Source: a virus (lineage: Duplodnaviria; Caudoviricetes). From it: a stretch of DNA of 35,080 nucleotides. Every line of letters begins with the position of its first letter. Position 1 is the first letter of the stretch. The notes beneath the pieces were generated by a model, which was not told where the DNA came from, searched no databases, and worked only from the letters and a program-made list of their open reading frames with translations. Below are positions 1 to 9,655 of the stretch, in pieces. The stretch spans positions 1 through 35,080 of the IMG/VR virus record IMGVR_UViG_3300020151_000934, one strand, 5' to 3'. The position numbers and the translations under genes are program-made.

Positions 1-315
1 CATCCTATAGAAGAATGTTCAAGTGCAGGGTTTCTTCTCTTATTAAGAACAACTGTACCTATTTATTTAATTGACAAGTCTATAAGATGCTTAGTTCATT
101 TCCCACGAGTAGATACTTTGTTAGATATGAACAAAAACCATATTTACAATAAAGAAGACATTAACAATAAATTTAAACAAAACGTGTTTAAAGATTATTT
201 AAAAGATTTACCAATACCCACTAAACAAATGAAAAAATTGATGAAAGGCGAGGACATAACATTATATTATAATGATTTATTAGAAATTTTTAAAGATAGG
301 CTAATACATGAGTAA
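1..315 (+). CDS. Hypothetical protein, 5'-truncated by the window edge
   Basis: Frame 1 is open from base 1 (HPIEECSSAGFLLLLRTTVPIYLIDKSIRCLVHFPRVDTLLDMNK...) to TAA at 315, so the tracked 118..315 ORF is probably only its C-terminus. Confidence 0.65.
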   Translation, partial: HPIEECSSAGFLLLLRTTVPIYLIDKSIRCLVHFPRVDTLLDMNKNHIYNKEDINNKFKQNVFKDYLKDLPIPTKQMKKLMKGEDITLYYNDLLEIFKDRLIHE

Positions 316-721
316 GAATAATAATCATTTTGAAATTATCAAAAATAAAAGACTTAAACAAGTACATTCTACAAAAGAATTCTTTGCTGGAGAGACCGTT
401 CTATTTATATGTTGTGAAGAATCAAGAATACCTTCTCAACACACAATACAATTAGATGTAAATTACCATGTATTAGACCCTATTGTAAAGTATATTAAGC
501 ATTCCTTTGATCCTAACGTAAAAGTAGAGGGACACTCTTTAGTAGCCATTAGGAAAATAAGAGAAGGAGATGAGATAACGAGAAACTATTACGAAACTGA
601 GGAAATTATTGTAAAGGAATTTACTGATAAGGAAACAGGAGAAAAAGTAAATACAAAGAATCTCTATTTATATAACAATAAACACACTGAAGATGGATTA
701 CTATTTGATGCAGAATTTTGA
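308..721 (+). CDS. Minimal SET-domain protein (putative lysine methyltransferase)
   Basis: VKYIKHSFDPNV resembles R(F/Y)INHSCxPN, LVAIRKIREGDEITRNY resembles A.RDI..GEE(L/I)T.DY, and N-terminal STKEFFAGETV resembles A...I..GE.I. Confidence 0.8.
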   Translation: MSKNNNHFEIIKNKRLKQVHSTKEFFAGETVLFICCEESRIPSQHTIQLDVNYHVLDPIVKYIKHSFDPNVKVEGHSLVAIRKIREGDEITRNYYETEEIIVKEFTDKETGEKVNTKNLYLYNNKHTEDGLLFDAEF

Positions 722-1244
722 TTATGAGGAGAATAGAAATTTATTTTGGGAAGTGAATCCTGAATTTAAATTCACAGAACCCTTTGATAATTTTTATAAT
801 TCTTCTGAAAACAAGGATTATACTTCAGAAGTAATGTGGGCCATATATCTTTTTTGTGATATAAAGTCCCCAAAGATTAGACTTAGAAAGGACGAAAGAG
901 AAGAAGATATTAAAAAATACTTCTTAAAAGATGATACTTTTAGCTTTGAGCATCATCAGGATTTAATAGATGCCTACCCAAAGGTAGTAATGACCAAGAT
1001 TCAAAGAGAGTTGAAAGTATGGCAGGATAAGATAGAGGAGAGAAACAAGTTCTTAGAAACTGTTTCTTATAGCTTAGATACATTTGAAGCTCTGGATAAG
1101 ATGATGAAAGACTCAAAACTTATTTGGGAATCTTTTGGAAAGATTTATAAGGAATACCAAGATGAGAACATTGAAACTAGGGCTAGAGGAGGAAGAGAAG
1201 AATCTTTCACTGAGAAATTAGTGAGCAAAGCAAATAAAAAATAA
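693..1244 (+). CDS. Hypothetical protein upstream of TerL (possible small terminase subunit)
   Basis: 183-aa charged, helical-looking ORF. The TerS idea rests only on position. The true start may be the ATG at 708. Confidence 0.6.
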   Translation: MDYYLMQNFDYEENRNLFWEVNPEFKFTEPFDNFYNSSENKDYTSEVMWAIYLFCDIKSPKIRLRKDEREEDIKKYFLKDDTFSFEHHQDLIDAYPKVVMTKIQRELKVWQDKIEERNKFLETVSYSLDTFEALDKMMKDSKLIWESFGKIYKEYQDENIETRARGGREESFTEKLVSKANKK

Positions 1245-1285
1245 ATAACACACACAAAACAATTAACTTAATAAAATTAACAATT

Positions 1286-1498
1286 ATGTACCCAGTAAAC
1301 AAGCCAAATCAATACAATCAACCAAAAGCTAAAGAAAATCCTTTACAGTTAAAGCATGGAAGTTATTTTTGGCTTTCAAGAGTTTTAGGAACGTACACTA
1401 AAGAAAGGTATGCACAAATGCAATTAGCCTTGGAAGAAATTAAACAAAGATCTGAAAATCAAGTTACTAACGAAGAAATTTCTTCTGAAACATTATAA
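1286..1498 (+). CDS. Hypothetical protein (70 aa)
   Basis: ORF with an A/CA-rich leader that fits the operon packing. Confidence 0.7.
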   Translation: MYPVNKPNQYNQPKAKENPLQLKHGSYFWLSRVLGTYTKERYAQMQLALEEIKQRSENQVTNEEISSETL

Positions 1499-1504
1499 TA
1501 TATT

Positions 1505-1741
1505 ATGATTATTTTTATAGACCTCACTACAAATAAGATAGAGATTGATGGATGCGAAGATCCTGAGTTAGATGTGCAAAAAACTTTGCGAAAAATAGCA
1601 AAGAATATTGATAAGTATGAAGTAGAGCAGGTTTCTATAAAGAAAGAGATGGAAAAAATGATTAACAAAATTATTTCTAACAGAATTGTTATAAAGGGAT
1701 TTAATGATGATGTTAAACCTAGAGAAACAAAAGATAAATGA
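1505..1741 (+). CDS. Hypothetical protein (78 aa)
   Basis: ATGA overlap with terL suggests translational coupling. Confidence 0.7.
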   Translation: MIIFIDLTTNKIEIDGCEDPELDVQKTLRKIAKNIDKYEVEQVSIKKEMEKMINKIISNRIVIKGFNDDVKPRETKDK

Positions 1742-4041
1742 TTATAGAGACTTCTTATATTTTTCCTAAAATATATGACAATACACCTTTTATTAAGCAT
1801 CACCCTGTTTTACATCCTCATAGTACAGCTTATGCTGAATATTGGACTAAAGAACTTGAGGAGTTTATTTTAGGGCTATGGAGAGAAGAACAAACTCCTG
1901 AAGGTATTCGTTGGAGGTATATGAATCCTCAATTAAATTACTTTACCAACTATCACACCATCACTATTCAAGATGGTAAGCAGCGTATTAAATCCAGGCC
2001 TAGCCTATTGGACATAAACTGGACAATATTAAATTGTTGGTTTATTTGTAGAGGATTTAGTGGATTTGACGGAGACGAGGAATATACATCTAATTGGACT
2101 GTAAAGTTAAAGGAAGATAAACTAATAAACCCTAATCTTCCAGATATTCCTCTAAAGTTTCTTAATAACCTTACTGACAACTGCTATAAGCAGGATGGCA
2201 CCTTAAAAAAGTATATAGATCCTTTAGAATATCTTAATGGTACCCATGAAATAAATTTAGGCAATCCTTTATATGAAAATAACTCTTTAAACTTATTTCT
2301 ACTAGGATCTCGGTCTGGAGGTAAATCCTTTATGGCATCTGCTCTTATGGAGCATGAGTGGCTATCAGACGGTGCTAAGACAGTGGAGGATTATTTATCA
2401 GGAAATAACAAAGTGGAAATATTTTGTGGATCAGCCAGTTCAGGTAAATCTTCTCAGCTTTTAGATAAATTCTCAAACTCTTTAAAGAATCTTCCTGGAG
2501 AGTACTTTGACAGAGAATATTTCCCTTCTCCTTTTAGCAGAACCTTCTCAGGTACCTTGAAAGTTGGTAACTCAAAGAATCCTTTTAGGTTTGAGTATGA
2601 AAAGAAAATAGGAAACTCTACAGTGAAAGAGGGGACAGGATCTCTTCTTATCCATGAAACCTATAAAGATAATAAGCAAGCTGCTGTAGGGGGTCGTTAC
2701 AACGTACTAATAGTGGAAGAGGTGGGATTAGAAGACAAAATCCTCACTGTACATGGAGCAAATGAATCTACGCAAGATATGGGAGCAGGTAAGTTTGGAT
2801 CATCATTCTACTTAGGAACGGGTGGAGACATGGAGAAAGTTATTGAGTCTGAGATTATCTTCAGAGACCCTGAAGCTTATGATTTCTTAGGATTTAAAGA
2901 TGTCTACGAAGGTAGAGGAGTTATTGGATTCTTTCTTCCTTCTATTTACACCAACTTAGCTTATAAAGATGAAAACGGTAATACTGATGTAGATACCGCT
3001 TTGAAATACGAGATGGAGAGACGTGAAGAAAAGAAACAAGCAAATAATACGTCTGCCTATGATGAGTATATCATGTCTAGGCCAATTAAGCCTTCTGAAA
3101 TGTTTCTCTCAAAAACTGGAAATAAGTTTCCTATTGTTATGCTTAGAGAACAGCAGGCTTCTAATGATAGGTACCAGTTTAAAAAACATTTAAGAACATT
3201 AGGACATCTTGTAGAAGATCCTGATTTTATTTCGGGAGTTAAATTTAAGCCTAACTTTGATTTGAGACCTATAGATAGGTTTCCTCATGATTCTAAGTCA
3301 GATTTAAAAAGTGCTTGGGAATTTTATGAACACCCTCCTGCGGGAATGATACCTCCTAATTTATTTAAGATTGTATATGACCCTATTAGAGATGAAGGAG
3401 GGGGAACATCCCTGGCGGCTATTTATGTTTACAAGTCTAATAATACATTAGATAATAATGGTAATGAGATTGTAGCTTGGTGGGTAGGTAGATACGATAT
3501 GCCTGAAGAAATACATCTTAATTGTGTATTAGCTGCTAAATATTTTAATGCTCAAGTAATGTTTGAGAATAACATTATTGACTTTAAGAATTATTGCATG
3601 AGGACAGGGAACTATCATATTCTGGCCCCCACTCCAAAACAAATAATTGAGAAAGCTATAAAAGACCCTACGCTAAAGTATGATGTAGGAGTACCAATGA
3701 CAAACCCTTTAAAGCAATATGCTTTAAGATTGGCACAACAATGGCTGTTAGAGGAGAAGAAAAAGTATGTAGAAGAGCTAGAAGATGGTACTAAGAGAGA
3801 AATAGTGGTGAGAAACTTAAATACTCTTAAAGATGATTTGCTATTAGAAGAGCTCATACAGTTCAATGACAAGGGAAACTTTGACCGAGTGTCTGCCTTT
3901 CTCTTACTAATGCTTTGGCTAGAGCAAGATAAAGAAATGATTATCAGCGAGTCCGAAGAAATAGTGAAAAAAACGTCAAATGATTTTTATAAAGATTTAT
4001 ATAATAACCAGTTAAAAAACACCAATTTACTGAAATATTAA
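1738..4041 (+). CDS. terL: Terminase large subunit, crAss-like
   Basis: Walker A LGSRSGGKS, Walker B VLIVEEVG, motif LGTGG, nuclease acidic motifs VYDPI, FENN and NFDRVSA. 767 aa, directly upstream of the portal. Confidence 0.93.
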   Translation: MIIETSYIFPKIYDNTPFIKHHPVLHPHSTAYAEYWTKELEEFILGLWREEQTPEGIRWRYMNPQLNYFTNYHTITIQDGKQRIKSRPSLLDINWTILNCWFICRGFSGFDGDEEYTSNWTVKLKEDKLINPNLPDIPLKFLNNLTDNCYKQDGTLKKYIDPLEYLNGTHEINLGNPLYENNSLNLFLLGSRSGGKSFMASALMEHEWLSDGAKTVEDYLSGNNKVEIFCGSASSGKSSQLLDKFSNSLKNLPGEYFDREYFPSPFSRTFSGTLKVGNSKNPFRFEYEKKIGNSTVKEGTGSLLIHETYKDNKQAAVGGRYNVLIVEEVGLEDKILTVHGANESTQDMGAGKFGSSFYLGTGGDMEKVIESEIIFRDPEAYDFLGFKDVYEGRGVIGFFLPSIYTNLAYKDENGNTDVDTALKYEMERREEKKQANNTSAYDEYIMSRPIKPSEMFLSKTGNKFPIVMLREQQASNDRYQFKKHLRTLGHLVEDPDFISGVKFKPNFDLRPIDRFPHDSKSDLKSAWEFYEHPPAGMIPPNLFKIVYDPIRDEGGGTSLAAIYVYKSNNTLDNNGNEIVAWWVGRYDMPEEIHLNCVLAAKYFNAQVMFENNIIDFKNYCMRTGNYHILAPTPKQIIEKAIKDPTLKYDVGVPMTNPLKQYALRLAQQWLLEEKKKYVEELEDGTKREIVVRNLNTLKDDLLLEELIQFNDKGNFDRVSAFLLLMLWLEQDKEMIISESEEIVKKTSNDFYKDLYNNQLKNTNLLKY

Positions 4042-4048
4042 AATAATT

Positions 4049-4079
4049 TTTATAAAAAAATAATTTTTAATTAATTTTG
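4049..4079 (+). promoter_or_regulatory. Putative promoter TTA-N19-TAATTTTG upstream of the portal gene
   Basis: Bacteroidota -7 element TAnnTTTG at 4072-4079. 28/31 identical to 6666-6696. Confidence 0.6.
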
Positions 4080-4099
4080 TTTTTTTAAATAAACTAAAA

Positions 4100-6610
4100 A
4101 TGGTAATAAACGATAGTTTAACCGCACAATTCTTAAACATGCCTGGAAGTGATAGGCTAAGTTATAAGAAAAAAATAGCTGATAACTATGCCTGGGCAAG
4201 GCAGAGAATGGATTACCTATGCAATCAATATAATTATTATAACGAAAGGAAAGAAAAGTTTAAAATCAACTACGAGTTATATAACGGTAGAATGGATTTT
4301 ACAAGTTATATAAATACAGGAAATATAATTGAGAATGAATTAGGAATGGATATTCCAGAAATGGAAATAAATCAAAGTGATTTTATACATTTTCCTATAC
4401 TACAGAATGTGTTGCATGACCTAGAGGGTGAGGAAATTAAAAGACCTTTTAATCTTAGAGTGGTAAGTACCAACTCTACAAGTGAATCTGTGAGACAAAG
4501 AACTCGTAGAGAACTTTTAGTTGAGAATACTTCAAAGATTGTCAAGCAAGATTTACTCTTAAAAGCAAAAGCAGCCAATCAAAAAAGATTGGAAGAAATA
4601 AAGGCTCAGATGGACCCGTCAATGGACCCTCAGTATTTAGAGAAATTACAAGAAATTACAGCTAACTTAGATGCTCAACTAGAGGAAACCATTAACAAAA
4701 TGACTCCTATTGAAGTAGAGACTTATATGTCTAAAGGCTTTAGATTGCCTGAAGAGAAGCTTACAGATGAGCTACTACAGTACCATATTCGTACAGATAG
4801 AATTAAATTAGTTTTTGATAAGGGCTGGAAAGATGTAATTATTACAGGAGAAGAGGTATATTGGACAGGAGAGTTGAATGGTAGACCTACCATCAAAGCT
4901 TGTAATCCTTTATATTTTAACTATGCAAAATCTAAAGATGTAGATTTCTTAGATGAAGCAGACTGGTGTACTTATGATGAGTACCTTTCTATTTACGAGA
5001 TTTATCAAAAGTTTGGAAATATAATTACAGAAGAAGAAAGAGAAGTGTTTGACAAATATGAGTCTACATTAAACTCTCCATCAGATTCTAAGGTGTGGGA
5101 AATTATTCCTAATGCTATTATGAATCCTACAGATTCTGAGGCTACCCCTAGCTGGATAGATCCTTGGGAAGACAATTACAGTGATAATTTTAAAATCAGA
5201 AGACTAAGAGTAACTCACGTTGTTTGGAAATCTTTGAAAAAAATTAAATATATTTTCAGATTAAATGAAAATGGTACCCTAGAAAAGACTATTGCTGATG
5301 AAACGTATGTTTTCAATAAAGAAACAGATGTTAAGCAAGAGATTCTATGGATACCTGAATTCTGGCATGGGTATAAAATATTTACCAATCCAAAGGTTTA
5401 TTTAAAGCTTGAGCCTATTCCTAATCAATATAGAGACGTTGATAATCCTTTCCAGATTAGAGGCCCTTATACAGGATCTGTTTATTCTGCAAGAAATTCA
5501 GCTCCTATAGCAATTGCAGATTTAGGAAAGCCTTGGCAGTTCTTATATAATGTAATTATCAATCAAATTATTGAATTGATGAAAACAGATATAGGAAATG
5601 TATTACTAGGGTTACAAGAGCAGATTCCAAAAGAAATGACTCCTACACAGTGGATGACTTATATTAAGAAGTTTAAAGTGGCCTTGATTAGTGCTTCAAA
5701 AGAAGGAGATTTGAGAAATATGGGTGTGGACCCTAATTATTGGAAATCAATCAACCTATCTCACGCTCAGGAGATAAACCAAAAAATACAACTATTAGAG
5801 TATATTGAGAAAAAAATGGCTCAATCTATGAGCTATAACCCTGGTAGACTAGGTCAGCAATCTCCTTACGAGTCTATAGGTAATAATCAACAAAGTATTA
5901 TTCAGTCTTCAAATCAAACGGAGAAATGGTTCTACATGCATAATTATGTAAAAGAAAGAACTGTTGAGAATTATATTGAAATATGCAAGGTAATATATAA
6001 GGAAAATCCATTAAAGGCTTCTTATATTCTTTCTGACTTGAGTGTAGCTACATTGAACACAGAGGTGGCAGATTTTGCAAACTATAACTATAAAGTGTTT
6101 ATAACGAATACATTAAGAGATACAGAGATTATTAGTCAATTGAAAAACTTGATTCAGCCTATTATTCAAAATAGTGGGGGAGATTTAAGAGTGGCTACAG
6201 AGATTCTTACTACAGAGAATGCTACAGAGGTTAAAAATATCATTGCTAGAATTCAGGAGCAAAAAGAAGCTAAAGAAGAGCAAATGCAAAAATCTCAACA
6301 AGAGCAACAAATGCAAATGCAGCAAATGCAAATTCAAGCTAAACAAGAAGAAATGAAGATGCAGAAACAAATAGCTGATGATAGAAATGCTGTAACATTG
6401 AAGTCTGCAGAGCTAAATGCTCAAAGATTAGAAAGAGCCAACGATATTGACCAGGATGGAACAAACGATTTGATTCAATTACAAATGGAAAAGAACGAAA
6501 ATGAATCAAGTGTAGAGCTCAATGACGCTAAGATAGCACAGATACAACTTCAGAATAAAAAAATTGAAACAGAAATTCAACTAATGAAACAAAAAGGGAA
6601 AAAAGATTAA
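4100..6610 (+). CDS. Portal protein, crAss-like
   Basis: 836 aa between TerL and scaffold/MCP. Contains NYELYNG and LEGEEIKRPF, plus a Q/M/E-rich C-terminal coiled coil typical of these portals. Confidence 0.88.
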   Translation: MVINDSLTAQFLNMPGSDRLSYKKKIADNYAWARQRMDYLCNQYNYYNERKEKFKINYELYNGRMDFTSYINTGNIIENELGMDIPEMEINQSDFIHFPILQNVLHDLEGEEIKRPFNLRVVSTNSTSESVRQRTRRELLVENTSKIVKQDLLLKAKAANQKRLEEIKAQMDPSMDPQYLEKLQEITANLDAQLEETINKMTPIEVETYMSKGFRLPEEKLTDELLQYHIRTDRIKLVFDKGWKDVIITGEEVYWTGELNGRPTIKACNPLYFNYAKSKDVDFLDEADWCTYDEYLSIYEIYQKFGNIITEEEREVFDKYESTLNSPSDSKVWEIIPNAIMNPTDSEATPSWIDPWEDNYSDNFKIRRLRVTHVVWKSLKKIKYIFRLNENGTLEKTIADETYVFNKETDVKQEILWIPEFWHGYKIFTNPKVYLKLEPIPNQYRDVDNPFQIRGPYTGSVYSARNSAPIAIADLGKPWQFLYNVIINQIIELMKTDIGNVLLGLQEQIPKEMTPTQWMTYIKKFKVALISASKEGDLRNMGVDPNYWKSINLSHAQEINQKIQLLEYIEKKMAQSMSYNPGRLGQQSPYESIGNNQQSIIQSSNQTEKWFYMHNYVKERTVENYIEICKVIYKENPLKASYILSDLSVATLNTEVADFANYNYKVFITNTLRDTEIISQLKNLIQPIIQNSGGDLRVATEILTTENATEVKNIIARIQEQKEAKEEQMQKSQQEQQMQMQQMQIQAKQEEMKMQKQIADDRNAVTLKSAELNAQRLERANDIDQDGTNDLIQLQMEKNENESSVELNDAKIAQIQLQNKKIETEIQLMKQKGKKD

Positions 6611-6665
6611 TCCCTTATAAACACTGGGTTTGCTGATTAATTTTTTTATTCTAAGAAAAAAATAA

Positions 6666-6696
6666 TTTATAAAAAAATAATTTTTTTTCAATTTTG
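6666..6696 (+). promoter_or_regulatory. Putative promoter upstream of scaffold/MCP
   Basis: TTTATAAAAAAATAATTTTTTTTCAATTTTG, a near copy of 4049-4079. Confidence 0.55.
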
Positions 6697-6739
6697 CAGT
6701 ACAAAACAATTATTTCACACACACACATAAACAAACAAT

Positions 6740-7876
6740 ATGCAAGAGAACAATTTAGATTTTGAAATTATAGAATTCAATGACGATCTTTTAGATGATA
6801 ATAACCTATCAGATAAAATAGAATCTATAAACGAAACAGAGGAAACAAATGAGGAAGAAGAAGACGATGATGATTCTTCTTTAGTTAACGCTGATTTGAT
6901 AGATGAAGATAATATTGACGACCTTGATCTTAATGATGAAGAAAAGGAAGCAATATTAAATAAGAAAAAAGAAAACGCTTCTTCTCAAAAAGAAGAAGAT
7001 GAAGATTCTTCAGAAGAAGGAGATGAAAATTCAGAGGTAGATCCTTTAAAAATATTTGCTTCAGAATTACAAGAAAAAAATCTTTTAAATCTTCCAGAAG
7101 ATTGGGATGGATCAGAAGAAGCTTTGTTTGAAGCTTATGAAGCTACTTTAGATGAAAGAGCTTTAAATTTAGTAAAGAGTTCTTATAAAATAGATGATCC
7201 TAGAGTAGACGGTGTTCTTAATTTTTTGAAGAATGGTGGAAATATTGATGAGTATATCAATTTACACGCAGAGACAAATTGGGTGGACGTAGACATTGAA
7301 GATGAAGATAATGCTACAGCTCTTGTAAAAACATATTTAACTTCGGTTAAAAATTTAGAAGAAGAAGAAGCAGAGTCACTTTTAGAAGGATATAAAGAAA
7401 AAGGAAAGCTATTTAATCAAGCTAGTAAAATACAAGCTGATTTAAAGGTTTTCAGAGAAAAACAAGAAGACGATCTTATAAAATCTCAACAAGAATATGC
7501 TCGTATCCAAAGAGAAGAGTATATTAAGAGTGTAAATAAAATTAGAGAGACTATTCAAAGTGGTAAGAGCAATAATGTAGTTATTGCTAAAAACCAAAAA
7601 AGTAATTTTGAAGATTTTATCTTTTCACCACAAGAGATAAGAAACAATAAGGGAGAGGTTGTAGGAAGAGCTACAGGGTTTAAACAAAAATTAAATGAGT
7701 ATCTTTCTGATCCTGAAAAAATGGTAGCATTAGCTTACAAAATATTTGAAGGATTGTCAGATAAGTCAGATAAAGTTGAAGTAGCAAGTAAAGAAAAAAG
7801 TAAATTGGCGGAAAGTTTGAGAAGAGCTTCTGGGAAAACAAAGCCAAATACAATTAAATTAGAATTCATAAATTAA
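6740..7876 (+). CDS. Putative capsid scaffolding protein
   Basis: Very acidic low-complexity N-terminus and helical C-terminus, located between portal and MCP. Confidence 0.7.
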   Translation: MQENNLDFEIIEFNDDLLDDNNLSDKIESINETEETNEEEEDDDDSSLVNADLIDEDNIDDLDLNDEEKEAILNKKKENASSQKEEDEDSSEEGDENSEVDPLKIFASELQEKNLLNLPEDWDGSEEALFEAYEATLDERALNLVKSSYKIDDPRVDGVLNFLKNGGNIDEYINLHAETNWVDVDIEDEDNATALVKTYLTSVKNLEEEEAESLLEGYKEKGKLFNQASKIQADLKVFREKQEDDLIKSQQEYARIQREEYIKSVNKIRETIQSGKSNNVVIAKNQKSNFEDFIFSPQEIRNNKGEVVGRATGFKQKLNEYLSDPEKMVALAYKIFEGLSDKSDKVEVASKEKSKLAESLRRASGKTKPNTIKLEFIN

Positions 7877-7902
7877 ATATTCAAAAATAAAATTAAATTA
7901 AC

Positions 7903-9480
7903 ATGAAATTATCACAAAGTAAATTCGGTATTATAAAAGCTCCTACGATTACAGGTGATCGTAACTGGGGTATGAACTATACCAACTTAAACAATCTATA
8001 TGCTGCAGGTTTGATTAAAACAGACGTAGACGCATTAGGTGGTATGGGTCAATTAGCATCAATGAAAACATTGTTTGACGGTACTGCACCATTATTGGAA
8101 CTAGCTCAAGGCTCTGACACTATCACTATTGAAGGTGACAAAGTAGAATGGGAATTCATGGTTTCAGGATACAGACCAGCTCTTATCGTGGAAGACGTTG
8201 AAGCAGGAAACCTTACAAAAGGTATTGCTCAAAGAGAGTTTAAAATTAAACTTGACATTGGAACATTTGTAGAAGGTGATACATTGGTATTCACTGACAG
8301 CAAAAAATTCAATATGCGTGTAAGTAAAGCTCCAGTTAAAGAAGGATCTTTCACAGTTTACACAGTTAAATTGATGACTGACAGCCCAAGCTTGTTTGTT
8401 GACAATAGTTTGTTCACTCCAGGAACAAGAGTAATGAAAATGCACTCTACTTATTCTGAGGCATCTGTAAAAGGTGGTTCAATGAGTGTTGATGCTATCG
8501 GTAAAATTAAATTCCGTTCTGGATTGACAAGATTTAGAAAACAATACCAAATGACAGGAGATGCTGCTCAAAGAAGATTGAACGGTAACTTGTCTGAGGC
8601 AGATTTGTTGATCTTGGCAGGAAGAAAAGCAGGTGAGAGCCAACAAGCTTTCCAAACAAGAATTGCTAACGCATTGAGCAAGAAAAATACAGGTAACATG
8701 TATATTACTTCAGTTGCTGAGGTTAAATTCAACAAAGAATTTGAAATGGAAAAAGAACTTCACTTGATGTATCAAAGAAGTACTTCTACAGTTATTGACG
8801 AGTCTACAGGATACTTTGTAAACCAAGGTCCAGGTCTTCAAGAGATTTTGGAAGACGGATACAGAGAATTCTACAACACTTTCTCTATTGGTCTTATCAA
8901 AGACTTCTTGCAAGATATATTCTTCGGAAGAGTTGCTTACGATCAAAGAAATGTTGTAATGTGGACTGGAGAGATTGGATTGAGATTGTTTGATGAGGCT
9001 ATCAACCAAATAACTCAAGGTTTCTTCAAAGATATGAAAGATTATTTCATCAAAACAGATGGTGCTTCATTGGTACCAGGTGGACCAACAGGATTGTCTT
9101 ACACTGAAACTCCATACACTCAATACAAATTGAAATTTGGTGGTTCATTGACAGTTATGCACATGAAAGCTTATGATGATGTAACTTTCAACACTATCTT
9201 AGATGAGAATGGTTACCCAGCAGAGTCTTCAAGATTTACATTCGTTAACTACGGATTGGGAGATGGTTTTGGTAAAAACATTTCTTACTTGAAATCTAAG
9301 AGAGATGTAGCTTACGGTTACGAAGGTGGATTGTCAAGCCCTTACGGAAACAACCAAGGAGCATTGATGTCTCACTCAGGTGACTTCTGGACAGTACATA
9401 GAATGGAATACGCAGGTATCATGGTAAAAGATGTTACAAAATGCGGTGAGTTGATTCCAGCAGTATTAAGAGGAAAATAA
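7903..9480 (+). CDS. Major capsid protein, crAss-like
   Basis: 525 aa following the scaffold. Motifs VEWEF, QGPGLQEILE and VMWTGEIG. Strong codon bias (TTC, AAC, TAC, GGT) and a downstream terminator. Confidence 0.88.
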   Translation: MKLSQSKFGIIKAPTITGDRNWGMNYTNLNNLYAAGLIKTDVDALGGMGQLASMKTLFDGTAPLLELAQGSDTITIEGDKVEWEFMVSGYRPALIVEDVEAGNLTKGIAQREFKIKLDIGTFVEGDTLVFTDSKKFNMRVSKAPVKEGSFTVYTVKLMTDSPSLFVDNSLFTPGTRVMKMHSTYSEASVKGGSMSVDAIGKIKFRSGLTRFRKQYQMTGDAAQRRLNGNLSEADLLILAGRKAGESQQAFQTRIANALSKKNTGNMYITSVAEVKFNKEFEMEKELHLMYQRSTSTVIDESTGYFVNQGPGLQEILEDGYREFYNTFSIGLIKDFLQDIFFGRVAYDQRNVVMWTGEIGLRLFDEAINQITQGFFKDMKDYFIKTDGASLVPGGPTGLSYTETPYTQYKLKFGGSLTVMHMKAYDDVTFNTILDENGYPAESSRFTFVNYGLGDGFGKNISYLKSKRDVAYGYEGGLSSPYGNNQGALMSHSGDFWTVHRMEYAGIMVKDVTKCGELIPAVLRGK

Positions 9481-9495
9481 AACCCGATAGGCTTT

Positions 9496-9530
9496 AGGGT
9501 ATGAGCCATCTAATCATACCCTTTTTTTTT
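9496..9530 (+). terminator. Intrinsic terminator after MCP
   Basis: AGGGTATGA (9496-9504) pairs with TCATACCCT (9514-9522), followed by a T-tract. Confidence 0.85.
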
Positions 9531-9550
9531 CTATCATTTGATAGAAGGAT

Positions 9551-9621
9551 AGCAGGAGGGAGGTATGGATCTCTCTGGTCTCATAAACCAGTTTAACCAG
9601 TTCGAGTCTGAGTCGTTGCTA
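9551..9621 (+). tRNA. Degenerate tRNA or tRNA-like element, anticodon CAT
   Basis: Acceptor AGCAG/TTGCT, D-stem GAGG/TCTC, perfect anticodon arm CTGGT-CTCATAA-ACCAG, T-loop TTCGAGT. T-stem is bulged, U8 and A14 are absent, and there is no CCA. Confidence 0.7.
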
Positions 9622-9655
9622 CTATTTTTTTTTAAATCACACAAACAACAAAACA

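Noticed and set aside
6611-6650. Terminator after the portal gene
   Set aside because: Only a weak AAAC/GTTT stem before the T-tract, which is insufficient support.
1738-9480. Introns or inteins in terL, portal or MCP
   Set aside because: Single uninterrupted ORFs of expected size, with no intein termini or homing endonuclease motifs seen.
9622-9655. tRNA-associated theta (HDV-like) ribozyme
   Set aside because: Only a T-tract and an A/C-rich leader follow the tRNA, with no room or pairing for a nested pseudoknot.
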